From NCBI GenBank assembly GCA_964187785.1, contig OZ076409.1, forward strand, positions 15,936,001 to 15,996,000: 60,000 nt of DNA, written 5' to 3'. Positions within the stretch are counted from its first letter, which is position 1, and each line of letters begins with the position of its first letter. The notes beneath the pieces are model-generated. The model saw nothing but the letters and a program-made list of their open reading frames with translations. It was not told where the DNA came from and did no database searches. Below, one piece after another: positions 26,799 through 39,893 of this stretch. The stretch comes from Amphiscolops sp. MND2022 (taxonomy: Eukaryota). A program made the position numbers and the translations under genes.

Positions 26799-26866
26799 CA
26801 TTTGGCGGTGTGACTTCAGACAAGAAGACCTCGGTGGCTTGAAATGGTAAACTCAGGAAATCAGTT
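26799..26866 (-). CDS. AKAP1: AKAP1-like exon 7
   Basis: (R)TDFLSLPFQATEVFLSEVTPPN, the AKAP1-type post-Tudor motif; AG/GT boundaries. Confidence 0.9.
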
Positions 26867-26970
26867 CTGAAACAAAAGCCATCAATACATAACAATGCTA
26901 TATTCAGCATCAATTACTTGGGCATTGGTTCAGGGTTCAATAGGAATGAAATGTCAGGAGGCTAGGCTAC

Positions 26971-27118
26971 CTTATCTGCTTGACGTTGTGTCGGGGCATT
27001 TCTCTGTATCCGCCGACATCTAGGAATCGCACAGTGATAACATTTTCATCATCACTAACGCCAACAACTTGACTGCGACACCACTTGCCGTCCAAAAACG
27101 CCGCCGAGATTGTACCCA
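26971..27118 (-). CDS. AKAP1: AKAP1-like exon 6 (Tudor core)
   Basis: LGTISAAFLDGKWCRSQVVGV...TVRFLDVGGYREMPRHNVKQIR; AG/GT boundaries. Confidence 0.9.
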
Positions 27119-27363
27119 CTGAAACCACACACAAAATGAACACAAAATTAGTTGAAATGAAACCCGCTCAGTGGCATCTTCACTGAAATTTTTCATTCAG
27201 TGTGAGTTTGGAAAATTTCGAAACAATCTAAGAATCAAAAACTTCTTCGCGCACTGGTCATGACAAAGTTCTTATCTTGTATTACTAACGCAGAAGCATT
27301 CTTTAGGGAAACAAAAATCAGTTTGAAACTGGAGACATTTAATCAGCAGTTGATGATACTTAC

Positions 27364-27541
27364 AAGTAATGGGGGACGGTAATTCAGGAACGGCCGGGTT
27401 TCGGTAACAGTCTCTCATGCAGTCATGCAGACGGTCCAGGTTATAGAAGGAATTGTGAGTGGGCTGTTGCAGGAAAAAGTGACCAGCTGTTTGGATATTG
27501 CACACGATCGCATCAAAATACGCACACTGGGGCAATTGCAG
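27364..27541 (-). CDS. AKAP1: AKAP1-like exon 5
   Basis: LQLPQ...AGHFFLQQPTHNSFYNLDRLHDCMRDCY...PELPSP, a signature of the AKAP1/spoonbill family. Confidence 0.92.
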
Positions 27542-28431
27542 CTGCAAACGAGGAGCAAAACATTAACATTTCACCCAGTGAAGTTGTAGAAATATTTATA
27601 CAAATCAGTCATCAGTTCACTGGTCTTTAAAAACGCCACTACCAACCAGAGCCAGCGTTTTCTAATGAAAGCGCAGACAAAAAAAATCTCATTTACATCG
27701 AAGTTTTTTCAATTAGCTTATTTCAACTCTTGCGAAATGGGGGCAGAAACTAGGAGTACAACTAAGAAAAAGTACAGGAAACTTTCCCAGCTATAAATTT
27801 TCGGTATCTGTAAAATATTTGGATTTGAATTTCACGTGATTTTACAAAGCTTTTGTATGTAAAGGACTAGTAAAATTTCCTGGTGAGAGCTCTCTCTCTC
27901 TCTCTTCGAGCACTCTGATGCTTGACTAGGTGAACATTGGACATTTTCGGGCTCTCAAAGTTTCAAGTATTTGTCAACAAATATTTGAAACATTGCGAAT
28001 GAGCTTGTCAGTCATTCAATTTGACAACTTTTGGAAGCCAAGAAACTTTCACACATCAAAGGTGTGAACGAAATGACTGGTAAAGACGTCTAGACTTTTT
28101 CTGAAGGTTCGAGCCATCCATTGTTGCCGTTTTGATTGACTAGAGAGAGGATGATTGGCAGAGAAAGTGAAAAATTTTCAGTAAGTTGTTTACAAACATT
28201 ACGATTTTGAAGTGAATATTTTGCGCGTTCCGTTTTTTGGTTCACCTGGTACGTCATTTTGATTAATTCATGCAAGTTTCGATTTGGTTGTTGACAAATA
28301 TTTCGACAAACTGTTGTCTCGTGCATGAAACTCAAGCCTTTTTCAGTAAGAGAACAGCATTAAAACAGCGTGTAAAAGCTCAACAGCTGTCATAAGAAAA
28401 TAATGTTTGCAATAGTTGACATAAATTGGAA

Positions 28432-29467
28432 AACAGGCCAGGAACGGCTCAAGCCGAGATATTAAGTACTTCAAACGATCAAGAATTCTTAATCTCATCA
28501 CGCCGAAAAAAAGGAGGGCAAAGCATTTGAGACTAAAAAGGGCTTCTCACCAGAAATAGAAGACCGGTGCTTTTCTGCTTTTCCGAGAAATAGAAAAACA
28601 AGGAGAGAACCCTTTTGGTTTCCTAAATATTTCCCAAAAATATCCATACTGCCAAAAAACCCAAGGGTGGACCCTTTGGGCTTAAACTCTTTTCCTATCC
28701 AAAAATACTTTAAAAACCAAATTTTCAAAGACCATTATATCAATTTGAAATTTTGTAGAAAATTGGAATTTGGTAGAATTTATCTAAGGCTCAAAAATAT
28801 GCCGAGGAGGTTTTAATAACTCAGAAAAAAGTTTCGAAACAACGTAAGGGTGCCTTTCGTGCTCGGAAAATGCTTCAAAAGTTCGGATGTAGCGTGCTGA
28901 GACAAATGCGAGCGTTTTTTCGATCCCCCCACTCCTCCTCAGTAAAATGCAAATTACTTCTGATATAACGTAAAAATTCGGATATAGCGCTTTACTCCGG
29001 ATATTACGTCAAAATTTCAGATAGTATTGAAAAAAATATTTGTGGGTATATATTGACAAAACCTAACTTCAGACGGAAAATTAGAATTTTAAAACAGTCT
29101 AACAGTGCCGAAAATGTAAAAGGGGAGACACTTTGGGCTTTTTGAAGCTCCAATTTGTTGCAAAAAATATTTAAAAAATGAAGGGGGCAAAGACCCTTTC
29201 TTTTGAGACATTTAAAAATTTTCGAAAGTCTTGTATCGAAAAAATTAGAAAGGGGGCCCTTTAGTCTCATCCGGTTTTGCAAATGCACGAAAAAGTTTCT
29301 GGCTGAAGCAGCGACTCGAACCCGCGAGCGCTGGGTTCCAGCATAACCGATTAACCTCTATACCAAGAAGTGGTACATACAGGATGAGCTCTCTGGTCTG
29401 ACGAAAAAAAAACTAGCTACTGTAAAGAGTCGGGCATTTTCTCTCAGGAAAAGCGCCGATTAAAAAA
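28432..29467 (-). mobile_element. Non-autonomous Helentron/DINE-like element in AKAP1 intron 4
   Basis: Terminal hairpin GCC-AGGAAC-GGC at one end and stem-loop ...AGCGCCGATTAAAAA at the other. Shares internal subrepeats with the 19.6-24.5 kb array. Confidence 0.55.
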
Positions 29468-30162
29468 TGAACAATGGATAAATCAAGTAACGAAGAACAA
29501 TGAGTAATTGGCCATTTTTCGGCTAATTTTGGCTGTTTCTCACATCCCACTTACGATTTTGATTCCATTGCGCACACAGGAGCACTTTTGGGTGTCAAAT
29601 GAATGCGCAAAATTTCGTAAAATTCGTATGGACAGTTTCTGAGAAATTTGAAACTTTCGTTGAAATGTTTAGAAAGATAAGTACGATTGCATAAGTAGTC
29701 GAAATTTTTTTCCGAATCCTAAAAATGAAAACCAAAATTACAAACTTATTGATCCTACAACGTATGAATCAGAGTTTTCACACGGCTAATCAGCTATTCA
29801 AATTAGCGGTAACTAATAGATTGTCCAAATTCAAAATGTCCTCGGAAAATACAAGGAGTTTCAAAATGAATTTCGAAAAATACCAACTCTTCATCTATAA
29901 AATAAAACCCACGCAGTATAAAAAATTTCTAAATTTTTCCTTGCAAAAATTGAATTGAATGATTTAATATTAAAACATAGTTGAAGTCAAACATTTAATA
30001 GTTTGAAGAAAGTCCTCCAGCGGAATAGCGATTTTGAAATTAGTGGTTTAGCGATTAGCGAAAAAATAGCGATGTCAAAACTCTGGTATGAATCCCACAA
30101 TACAGATTCTCATGGTACCGGAAATCGGAGGAATGACGACTGGGAAAACGTGAAATACTTAC

Positions 30163-30344
30163 GTAAGTGTTTGCCGCTGGCATAATTTGCGCGGCGGGAG
30201 CGGTAATGGGCGGAGGGGGCATTGGGTATCCTAGAAATCCAGCCAAACCTTCCATCGTGTAATACACTCCGCTCTCAAAGTCTATTTCCTTGCGGAACTT
30301 TTTGTCGAGAAGCCTGTGACAAGTCTGAATCTGCTCGAGAGTAC
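30163..30344 (-). CDS. AKAP1: AKAP1-like exon 4 (KH C-terminal helix and Pro-rich linker)
   Basis: GTLEQIQTCHRLLDKKF...PMPPPPITAPA...ANTY; TTTTCAG acceptor and GTAAGT donor. Confidence 0.88.
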
Positions 30345-30770
30345 CTGAAAAGTTTAAAAACAATTCACACTAACTTGAATTAACTTCGATATTGGTTGCT
30401 TATATAGTCTACTATAAAGGATACCAGGGTTGGTTAAAAAACGTTCAAAAGTATTATTATACGTTTAAAACGTTTTAAAACAAAGTGAGAGCTGAAAACT
30501 CAATTCACTTCATTGTCACAAAAACCACTCAGAGAATGAAGCTGAATTCAGCAAGAGCATACCAAACGCCAGTTTACGGACTTTGTCAGTTTTCAGTCTA
30601 TTCCGAATTTCAGAATGTACGTGACCCATGGATGAAAAACCCTCTCCAAAAAACAAGATAAAGGATTCTGTACAACTGAAAGGTCTGCGAAAATAGAAAC
30701 AATAGCTGTTTTGAAAAACCCCTGAAAAAAGGCATTGTTTGGAAACATGCGAACTCTGAAGGATACATAC

Positions 30771-31000
30771 CTCGCACAACCAAAAGCTGTTTTCTGCGAC
30801 TGTTTTCAATGTCTTTGATAATGACTTTGCATCCTGTTTTGTCTCTCAATTCCTTCACATTTCGCCCAGCTTTTCCTATGATTTTACCACCAACAGGAGT
30901 GGGAATCTCAACTTCCCACGAAAGAAATTCTTCCAGCGATGGGTTGAAGTAATCAGGAGATCCAGAACTTCTTCTCATCCCACTGTCAGTTGAGGTTCCA
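30771..31000 (-). CDS. AKAP1: AKAP1-like exon 3 (KH domain)
   Basis: WEVEIPTPVGGKIIGKAGRNVKELRDKTGCKVII with the GxxG loop; AG and GTATGT boundaries. Confidence 0.92.
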
Positions 31001-31191
31001 CTAAAACCAGGAATCATGATTCTCATTGGTTTTAAGCTATTTTAATAACTTGGATTTCATAGTCATGTCAAACTTACTTTTGATACGTTCACACTCACTA
31101 TTCATGAGCAAAATCTCTACATCGAAATAGAAAAAAACGTACTCAATCAACTTAGAACGCTCTGGCTTATTTGGGATGAAACATTTTAAAC

Positions 31192-31299
31192 TAGGGGCGC
31201 GAATAACGTCTAAAAATATTTCGGGAATAACGTCTAAAATTCAATGTATTAAGATTGGGAATGAGCATGACTGAGGCTTTAGACGTTATTCCAGCTCCC
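31192..31299. mobile_element. Small MITE (MULE-like)
   Basis: Inverted GGAATAACGTCTAAA ends with an internal tandem copy, flanked by the direct repeat ACATTTTAAAC (31181-31191 and 31300-31310). Confidence 0.55.
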
Positions 31300-31517
31300 A
31301 CATTTTAAACACAAGGCATGAAAATTCCAACATTTTACGGAATTAACCATTTTTTTCCAATTCTGCGAATGCCCGCTAAAAATGCAAATAAAAAATGCAT
31401 TATACGTTTCTATTTTTGAACAAAGACTTCAACAATTATTGACCTTGGGCAATGTTAATTTCTGTCAACCTGTCACAATTTAGTGAAAAATAACAATACT
31501 AAGGTAGATATACATAC

Positions 31518-31593
31518 CTGGGTGACGGAATTCCATTTGGAAGGTAGGTAATTGAAGCTAAACTGCTTTCTCCACAAGAAATTACTGCACTGT
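31518..31593 (-). CDS. AKAP1: AKAP1-like exon 2
   Basis: 76-bp exon with a polypyrimidine TAG acceptor and GTATGT donor. It supplies the phase 1 to phase 2 link needed between exons 1 and 3 (DSAVISCGESS...PSP). Confidence 0.78.
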
Positions 31594-33514
31594 CTAAATA
31601 AGGAAAAAACGTGCAATTAAAACACGGGCAAAGACGACGCATTTTCTAGCTGGAAAGTTTAAAGACGATTTTTTTTCAACGCAAGCTCACAGCAAAATTG
31701 ACGATGACGTGAGCTTTCTTTTCAGAGCGCATTGCATCAAGCTGTACCAGTTCATATTTACAAATAGCGTAACTTCATATGACAGTTGCAAAAAGGCTGA
31801 AAAATGTCACGAAATCTTTTAAGGGCGCAAGTTACTCGCAAACACGATGCACCAACATTTAAACTACTCCCGTGCATATTGATCACGCTGCAGTTGAATC
31901 CGCATTGCTAGGATTGACCGAATAAAATAGTACGAATAAGGAGAAACGCGAATTAGCCGGATGACATTTGTGTGGTCGTCACGAAATGGGGTTTCAGATA
32001 CAAACGAATTAAACGATCATAATTATCCGGATACAAGTTAACCGGAGTTGACTGTATTACAAGTTGAATTTTCAACTCCAAAAAAAAACATGAAAAAGGA
32101 ATTCATAATCACGGAAATTCATCAAAAAGTGCATGGAATGCACCATGAGGGCATTAACCTTCTTGAACTATGCATTTTTAATCAGTTCAGATGGCGTACA
32201 CATTAAGAATATTCGATTTTACACAAGTGACCTTTACGCTTTCAATTAAAAATAGGAGGAAAGTATCTTTCGAGGTGGTAGAGGCAGTGGATGAAATGCA
32301 AAAGGAAGCTTTTCAAAGTAATCGAATTCTTTTCCCATGAAATTCGAAAACCAAATGGAATGAAAATGAAAAAAGTCATTGCCAAAAACTTCAAGTGACA
32401 TTTTTACATATATTTTATACTACAAATTACGAAGTTATTATTATATAATTCATGAATCAAATGAAAAAAAATGGCAAGACAATTCGAAAAGACTTTGCCC
32501 GGGAAAACAATCAATTAGACTTGACAGACCATTGCCAAAAGTTGTAAAAAAAAGAAAACTCTGAAACGATGTATTGCAGAAGAGCTACAAAATGATAGAA
32601 AATACCAAAAGCTCTGTTAATGCATTTACATGACATGTAAATTATTATTCTTACATAAACTCCTATAAACTCACTAAACCTTAGCAAGACTACCGAATTA
32701 AAAGAACAATGGCAATGGGAACAACTGTTTATGCCACTGCCTACAGGAATAATGACCAGGACTCGCTCAAATCTGTTGATTAAATTCGATCGGAAACATT
32801 GTAAGCATGTGTTTCCCATAATTCTTCACAGATTTGCATATAAAAGTTTGTTTTGTCCACTGAATATTTAAGCCATAAAAACCATTTCCCAGAACTCATA
32901 AAAAGCTGTTTGAGTACCGATTCCAATTATATATGGTGGAAATGACTCATAAACGTGGTAGCGTTTTGAACACATTTGTCTAGATCCGATAGGAAAGTGT
33001 GAAGTTTGGCATTTCAATATTTCAAAGAAAGGTTCAGGATTTTCCCGAGACTTAGCTACAACCACTTTTATACGTCAATAGCCCCTGGTCACTTGAACTA
33101 TTTAATTTGCTTTCATGAATAGTTGCTTTCTTTGTTGTCACATTGTCGCAAATCCGCGAAGCTTTTTTAGTACCACTCGTCGCTTTTAATACTTAGAACT
33201 TCATCCCATTCAGTTTATTTTGAGTTCTGTTATCAAAATAACAGATGTCAGACCTAACATATAATTGGAAATGATGCGAAAAAAAAACAAAAATACTCAG
33301 GGACGAGTTATTAATAACTTTGATAGAAAGTAATTATGTAGCGACAGCTTGAAGTACGTTTTGCATCGTGGATTATGCATAATGAAATACAGAATGGAAT
33401 GTGACATTCCCCCCCCCCCCCCCCCCCCAAAGGCTTCACTCACTAAAAGCGCCCCGAGGGACCAAAAAATTTTTACTTTGAGTCATTGCATTTTCACAAA
33501 GTGATTTTTCAGGC

Positions 33515-33590
33515 CTTGCTGCTGAAAAGGGTTGTCACGAGTGCAACAAATCTAGTCCACTATTAATTGGACAGCAAGTTGAACCTCTCA
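33515..33590 (+). repeat. 76-bp dispersed repeat, identical inverted copy at 43778-43853
   Basis: Exact reverse-complement identity over 76 bp, read by eye. Confidence 0.9.
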
Positions 33591-33716
33591 AACGGGGACT
33601 GTTCAATTCGTCGAACATTCAATTCGTCGAACACGTATTACTTTAGCGAGCAATATATGACGTAATGGAATGAATTGATTTCGGCCAATCAAATTCGAGC
33701 ATTCAAAATTACGATA

Positions 33717-34141
33717 ACGTAGTCAGCTATGTCCACATACTCCTAGTGCCCTAAATGCAGGAGCGAAGCGGAGCGACGTGCCATATGGCCATGCCTCAAT
33801 GTTGCTACTTGGCGAACGGAGCGAAGCGACCGAGCCATATAACAAATATGCTAACCTCTTCAAATTATAACCTGAAAATAATCGCTGCTATGGAAATCTT
33901 TCGACGCTTTAAATACCTGATTTTTTCAACGCTTTGAATATTCTGCAATTTGAAAAGTGCATGAACTTTAGCGCCGATTATGCAATGTTTAATCCAAATA
34001 TTAGATATACATGTAGTATCAATATTTGTTGTATGATTCGGCCTTCAGAACCAGTCGCTGGACTAGTGATGGCACGTTGCTCCGGTTCGCTTCGCTTCTT
34101 TATTTAGGGCACTAGGGGTGAATGGATATAGATGACTACGT
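33717..34141. mobile_element. Foldback/MITE-like element with ~70-bp imperfect inverted arms containing GAGCGAAGCG motifs
   Basis: Arms at 33717-33784 and 34069-34141 (CCTAGTGCCCTAAAT / ATTTAGGGCACTAGG). A related copy lies at 59916-60000 on the minus strand. Confidence 0.65.
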
Positions 34142-34541
34142 TTCGATGTCGTGCAATACACAATTTCAATTGACTGATTTTAATTTTCAGCCAATCAGAA
34201 AACTTGATACATTCAGTCATTGAGTCATTCAGAAGGCACTGATCAAAAGTCGCTCGTGGAATCTTTCTGCCTCGATTATTAGAGCATCGATTGTCCTAAC
34301 CTTGATTACAAGATTTTAAAGACGTACATGTAGTTGAAACAAAATTCCGGAGCAACAATTATATCATATCAATCAACTCGTTGCAAAACGTAGAATTTTC
34401 AAAAAATTTTCTCGGCCGAGCAAAATGCACTCAAAACTAGCCAAGCTCGGCATGAACTCATTGATCTATCTCGTCAACTTCACGACAATTATGATTTTGA
34501 ATTATTAACGAATAGCTTCGATAAAGTCAATTACAACTAAC

Positions 34542-36429
34542 CAGCTTCACTGTAGTTAGAAGGACTGATAACAGAAATGACCGAAGGGTCATTCAAATAG
34601 ATCTGATCAAGACTGCTTCCATTGAGATGCTGAATTTGTTTACTACAAACATCAACATTCGTGTTCTTCATCGCTGCGTCCTTCTTCTCGACTCCACACT
34701 TCTTGTCTCCTTTGGCACGAAGGGCGTTTCCGGTCGGGTCATTCTCCTGGTTTGACCTGTTGCCGGTTGGTGATTTAGAGGTAGGTGTTGGCTTCAAGTT
34801 ATTACTGTCTGGAGTTGAACTTTTGTTCATCTGGTTGTTGTTGAGGTTAGCTTCGTTGCAATCGACCGAGAGAAGAGAGTTTTTGTAAGAGGTTGTGTTT
34901 CGATTGTTAGACTCGGCGTTGTTAGTGGGTCTGTTGTTAGCTTTCTGACTGCTGCTGTGTTGACTGTTTTTAGAACTGCTGTTATTTTTTGAGGGTGACG
35001 AGTTCACATTGTGGCTTTTTGAGTTAGGGGAATGTCGCGTTTTGTCATTAGCACTTACTGAGTTTGGAGACTGTTTATTGCATGAGTCTGCTGTTACTGT
35101 AGACTTGTACGCGCTTTCCTTGTTATTGGTAGCGTAGTAATGTGAAGTTGAAAAGTGTTGCTGTTTGTTTTTCGCGGGCATTTTCCTGCCGTCTGAAGTC
35201 GCCATACTGTGGTGTCCCTGTGAAGAGCCTGTGTTGTTTTGAGGTTTCTGATAAGTGTTGCCTGCTCCCTTGTTCAGCTTCTTATTAGGGTTACTTTTCG
35301 ACGAATCTGCAGCGTGGGCGCTTCTGTTGTGGTTACTGCTTTTGTTATCTGAGGAGGGTGAGGTTTTGAACTGATTTGTCGTCGCCGTAGAGGTACTAAA
35401 TACGTAGGGAGTGTCCGTCTGAGGATCGCTACTCAAAACTGGGTCTGAGTGATCCTTGAGTGACTCTTCCACAATTGACGCCCACGAAATGTAGCCGTTG
35501 GTCAAGTCGTCCGTCTTGTCCCCGGGACTGTCATGTTTGGAAATACAATCAGCAGCTGAAATCTGGGAATTGCCCTTGGCCTGTTTGTCGGTAGACGTTT
35601 TGCGAGGGTTGCTCACAACCTCGTCACACATCTTGCCACCGTTGCTTGTCTCTTGTTCCTTTATAGTTTTTATAGCTGTAACGTCCAAGGATTGCTGATC
35701 CTGCGAGCCGTTAATTGCTGCGTGCGTTTTATTTTGAGCAATGAATGAAAATGAAGGAGTGTTCAACTCACAGACGATGTCAGAGGAGGCAATAGGAGTA
35801 TCACTCTCCACGGTACATTGACCAGGAGTAATAGTAGCAGTAGAATTAGTACTGAATTGTGACTGAGTAATACTAGTTTGAACAGCGATGAGCTTTTCCT
35901 CTGCAGTGTTGGCGGTGGCGGCTTTCAACTCCGGTTCACAAGCTGTTGCCTGCTTTGTCCCTGTGCTGCAACTTTTATTGTTGCTCGTCGTCTTTTGCAG
36001 TGAAGCCGACGATGATAATGGGAGATAGGAACAACAAACTGTTTCGACTTCTTTAACAACCACTAAATCCTCTTCTATTGAGTTTTGCTCACAACCACGG
36101 TCGTAAATTGCGCCGTCGTGTTTCCGTTTGGTTGACTCTTTGCTAACAACTGTTGTCAAATGGTCAGTGATAATATCAGGCGTTGGGTTGGGCAATTTAT
36201 TACTATTTTTGTTGTTTTTGTCACTTTTATCCGAGCTACAATTTGAGATTGATTTATCGGCAGAGGAGATATTCTGTGTTTCACTTTGGGTCTCTTGTTT
36301 TATAGAAGTTAGAAATCTGTTTGCAGAGGTTTGTTTGCGTTTTTGCCCAGTGATGTACTGGTAATAACAATAATAAACAGCGGCTAATGTTGATATTCCA
36401 CAGAATGCAAGGATGGAGTGAAATTTCAT
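34542..36429 (-). CDS. AKAP1: AKAP1-like exon 1 (N-terminal membrane anchor and long S/N/T-rich disordered region)
   Basis: MKFHSILAFCGISTLAAVYYCYYQY...QKRK resembles a mitochondrial outer-membrane anchor. The 630-aa ORF ends at a G|GTTAGT donor. The joined CDS is 2985 nt (994 aa plus stop). Confidence 0.85.
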
Positions 36430-39400
36430 AATACGTTCATCAAATCACAGATGGGTCGGGTCGGGTCGTTCCAAGGAGGCTTTGGGTGTTCGAATGGATA
36501 GCGAAGGGTGGTTTGAGCCCAAGGCTATTCAATACATTCGAAAGGAAAGGGTAAACAATTCAAAAACAAACAATTCAATCAAGAAACAACAAGGATAATA
36601 CAAAAGTAATAACTTATTAATCTCAACAAGTTGGTAGGTCGCCTGTAGTTCAATTGCCAATTTCTTCTCGTTTGATGCTTGTGTCAAGTTTTACTTTGAC
36701 ACCACGTAAAATTGAAATTACCAACAAAAGTGTGAACAAAATATCAGTTTGTGGATTTAAGCTGATGTCGTAATCTTGTAACTCTTAATCATGGCAGAGC
36801 ATTAATTAGCTCATTAATTACGTAACAAGTTCGGCTTTCTTGTGTTCGAAACAACTGTTGAAAAAGTCGAAACTCGAAAGGCGTCCGCTGACAGATTTGA
36901 AGTCGCTTTCAAGGCGGTAGATTCGCTTTTGGGACAACTGAAGGTAGATCAACTTTATCCACAGATGTCGTTTGGAGAAACAAACAAGATGATTGCTCAA
37001 ACCAAACGGCTTTGTTGGGCGAATAACTTATCGCGAAGGATGACGAACAAAGGAGGGTGCTAATCTAACGATAAAACGACAGGAGAGTGTTTACAAATTT
37101 GTGATAGTAATCAATAACTCCCGCGCGTAATTTGTAATAGTAAACTTGTCCAAGTAGTAGAATTAAATAATGAGCGCCAACTGAAGATGAAGGCTGTTTG
37201 TTGTAGTAAAATTCTTACAACTGATACGAGAGGCACGATTCGGGTGATGATTCTAACCACTCGACTCTTAAGAGAACTTTTAATGACGACGCGACTACGC
37301 ACTGTACAGAACAGACACTACGAACTCATACAAGATCTGAAACAAAAACCACAAATGCACATTAATCACTGACAGTCCGGAGTTGCCGACCGGCGCGTTT
37401 ACTTTCACGCTCGTCAACCGGATTCGAGGTCTGGATTTATTGAGGTTTGAATAAATAAATTATTCATGAACAAATACGTACAAACCGCTGATGAGCACTC
37501 TTGAACTCGACTTTATGTAACTAACTAACTCAAATCAAGTTTGTAAATAATATTTTCAAGTTATAACTCGTTTAGAGTACAAATTATGCAATCTACGGTC
37601 ATTTGAAAAAAAACAACGATAAGTACGCGGTTCACGACTAGATAAATTACTCAATCGGATCAAAAACGTTCAATTATTTAATTGCTCTATTACACGGTCG
37701 ATAAACGAATGAGAATAATTAACTTCGACTTGAATAGTCAGAATTGTGTAATCACACAAAAAACAAGTTGAGAAAAGCTTGCAGATAGTGTAAAAATTCA
37801 AACGAACAACTTGTTACAAAGCAGCACATAAAGCCTTTGCACTAAGAAGCAATTTTCTCAACAATCTCGCTTCTAGCAGCGCAGCGAGGAAATAAATTGA
37901 AAAATCTACACCAAGGTGAAAGAATCTGAAGGAAATCTGAAGACACGGCGAGAATTTGATTCGGGAAAATTATTGCAAAATTTTAGAGGTACTACGCTTC
38001 GAAGGAACGCAGTAAATTGAATGAGGCAGTCGAATTCACAACGGTTTCGCTGTCTCGGGACGATAAAGCAACAAATTTACGGCCTCGAAAGACTGCAGGT
38101 TCTGCAAGTCACTGTGGCGGAAATGTTTGCTCAGCCAGTCCAGCCGTAGTTCGTCTGATTCAGAATTAGACGACCGTGGTTAACGAGACGAGACGGTGGG
38201 TAACGAAGTCTTACAAACAGGCATCAAGTATCCTATCTTGACGGTAGCTTGAGTAATATCAAATCTATCGAATTAAAAACATTATCATCCTTCATACATG
38301 TACCTGTATATACGACACTCAACTCAGCAGCCTCTGTGATTACTATAGAGAGGAAGAGTAGATTCTGGTGAATTTCGCTTTAAATACCCCACCGAACACA
38401 GATAATGATAAATTTGCATGCTTTTCCCATTCGACGACATTCGCCCGATGTGTCATGCATAATACTATGGCATTCTATGGTAAGGGCATTGAATGGAAAG
38501 ATGTTCTAATGCTATAAATTCGACGTTTTCCATTAAAAATGGACAATTTCGTGGCAGGCGCGAGACAGGCAGTTAGGATAGCTACTTGATCTATTTAGGA
38601 TTTTGTAGAGCGAGCAGAGGTGAGGGAGAGAATGCCCCGAGGAATGAATTTGGTTGGTGATTAGATGAACGAACCTCGTCTTACTCCTACTTTTCTTCCA
38701 CTACAACCCCCCTAGTAACGATATCTACCCACGCATGCAACTTGTCTGATTCTTGCATTTTGTGCCTGCTGTGTACCAGACAAAATAGCTGCTAAGTCCA
38801 GCCGACTACAAATTTTGTCACAAGCAAGAGAGCATTAGAAGACAAGAGACGGTAGTGACATTTATGTCAAAAAGATTGCAATTGAAACGCCACCAATGAT
38901 TTTCAGACTGAACAAAGAAACTCCTATTCATCCTATCTGGTTCTCTCGGCTGCCCCTGCATTTCTGAATCACATTAACGAGAGGAGAGGGGAAATGATTT
39001 AGACTCCACCGCAGAACAATCAGACCATATTCCCCCATGACAATACAAAGCGTTACCCTTCCCACGCGTGTCTAACTTAATTTCCCCTGTCTAACTCCGA
39101 TCCAAAGTATAAAATGATTTCCAATTATTCCTCAGTCGTCTTCCGCCATTGTGGAAAAATTTTTTAATGTTTGACCACATGTACGTTCAATTTATTATTA
39201 TTTGCGGTGCTTTTCAGCAAATATTTCACAGTCGTCAATTTCTTGGAGTGACATTTCAACCGAAAACATTGCTAAAGACCCGAAACATTTCAAGACAACC
39301 GCGAACTATTTGGCATCTTAAAAACGCAAAACCAAGAGGCTACAGAGACACTTAGAAAAAGGTTCAATTAGACAGTTAACTATTTTTGAATGCAAAGCGA

Positions 39401-39893
39401 GCGTTAATTATAACTTCAAAGATATTGTTTCTTAAAGAGGATTAGTCTCAGAATTCAATTCAGCTCAACAGATGAAGTCGAAATGGATTTTTATTATTAA
39501 AGTAAAATATTTATTTTCTCAGTACACACTTATAGCAAACAGGACGTGCTAATAAAATAAGAAAATTAGGCAGTAATTATTCAGATTGAATGGAACCACC
39601 AACCAATTTGAAGCCAGAGAAAATTAGCATACGGAAGAGGTTAGGTTTGTCCGACTTAATGAACCAAGTCGTACATCAAAGACCTCTCAGTGTCATTTAG
39701 AAGATCGTAAAGAGAGAGCCCCACAGATATGAATTGATTATATGCTAAGTAACATCCGCCATCAAAGTGCTTTTGGTAGAATAGTGCAAGGATAAATTGG
39801 CATTAATTTCCGATATAATTAGTCCGAGCGGATGACGCGACTATATTGAACCAAAACGAAAGGCACAACAGAACTACAATATTTTGTAAGTAC

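Noticed and set aside
31891..32056. Possible pogo/Tc1-like MITE (right end GGAGTTGACTGTA)
   Set aside because: The left TIR is too degenerate and has no TA duplication.
33409..33428. C20 homopolymer
   Set aside because: Simple repeat with no supporting context.
31001..34547. Possible end-to-end stems in AKAP1 introns 1 and 2 (AGCTG|GTTAGTT versus 31648-31659; CCAG|G versus CCTGG near 31007)
   Set aside because: Only 10/12 pairs at ~54 nt from the acceptor, or 5 bp. Both are compatible with chance and were not counted as support.
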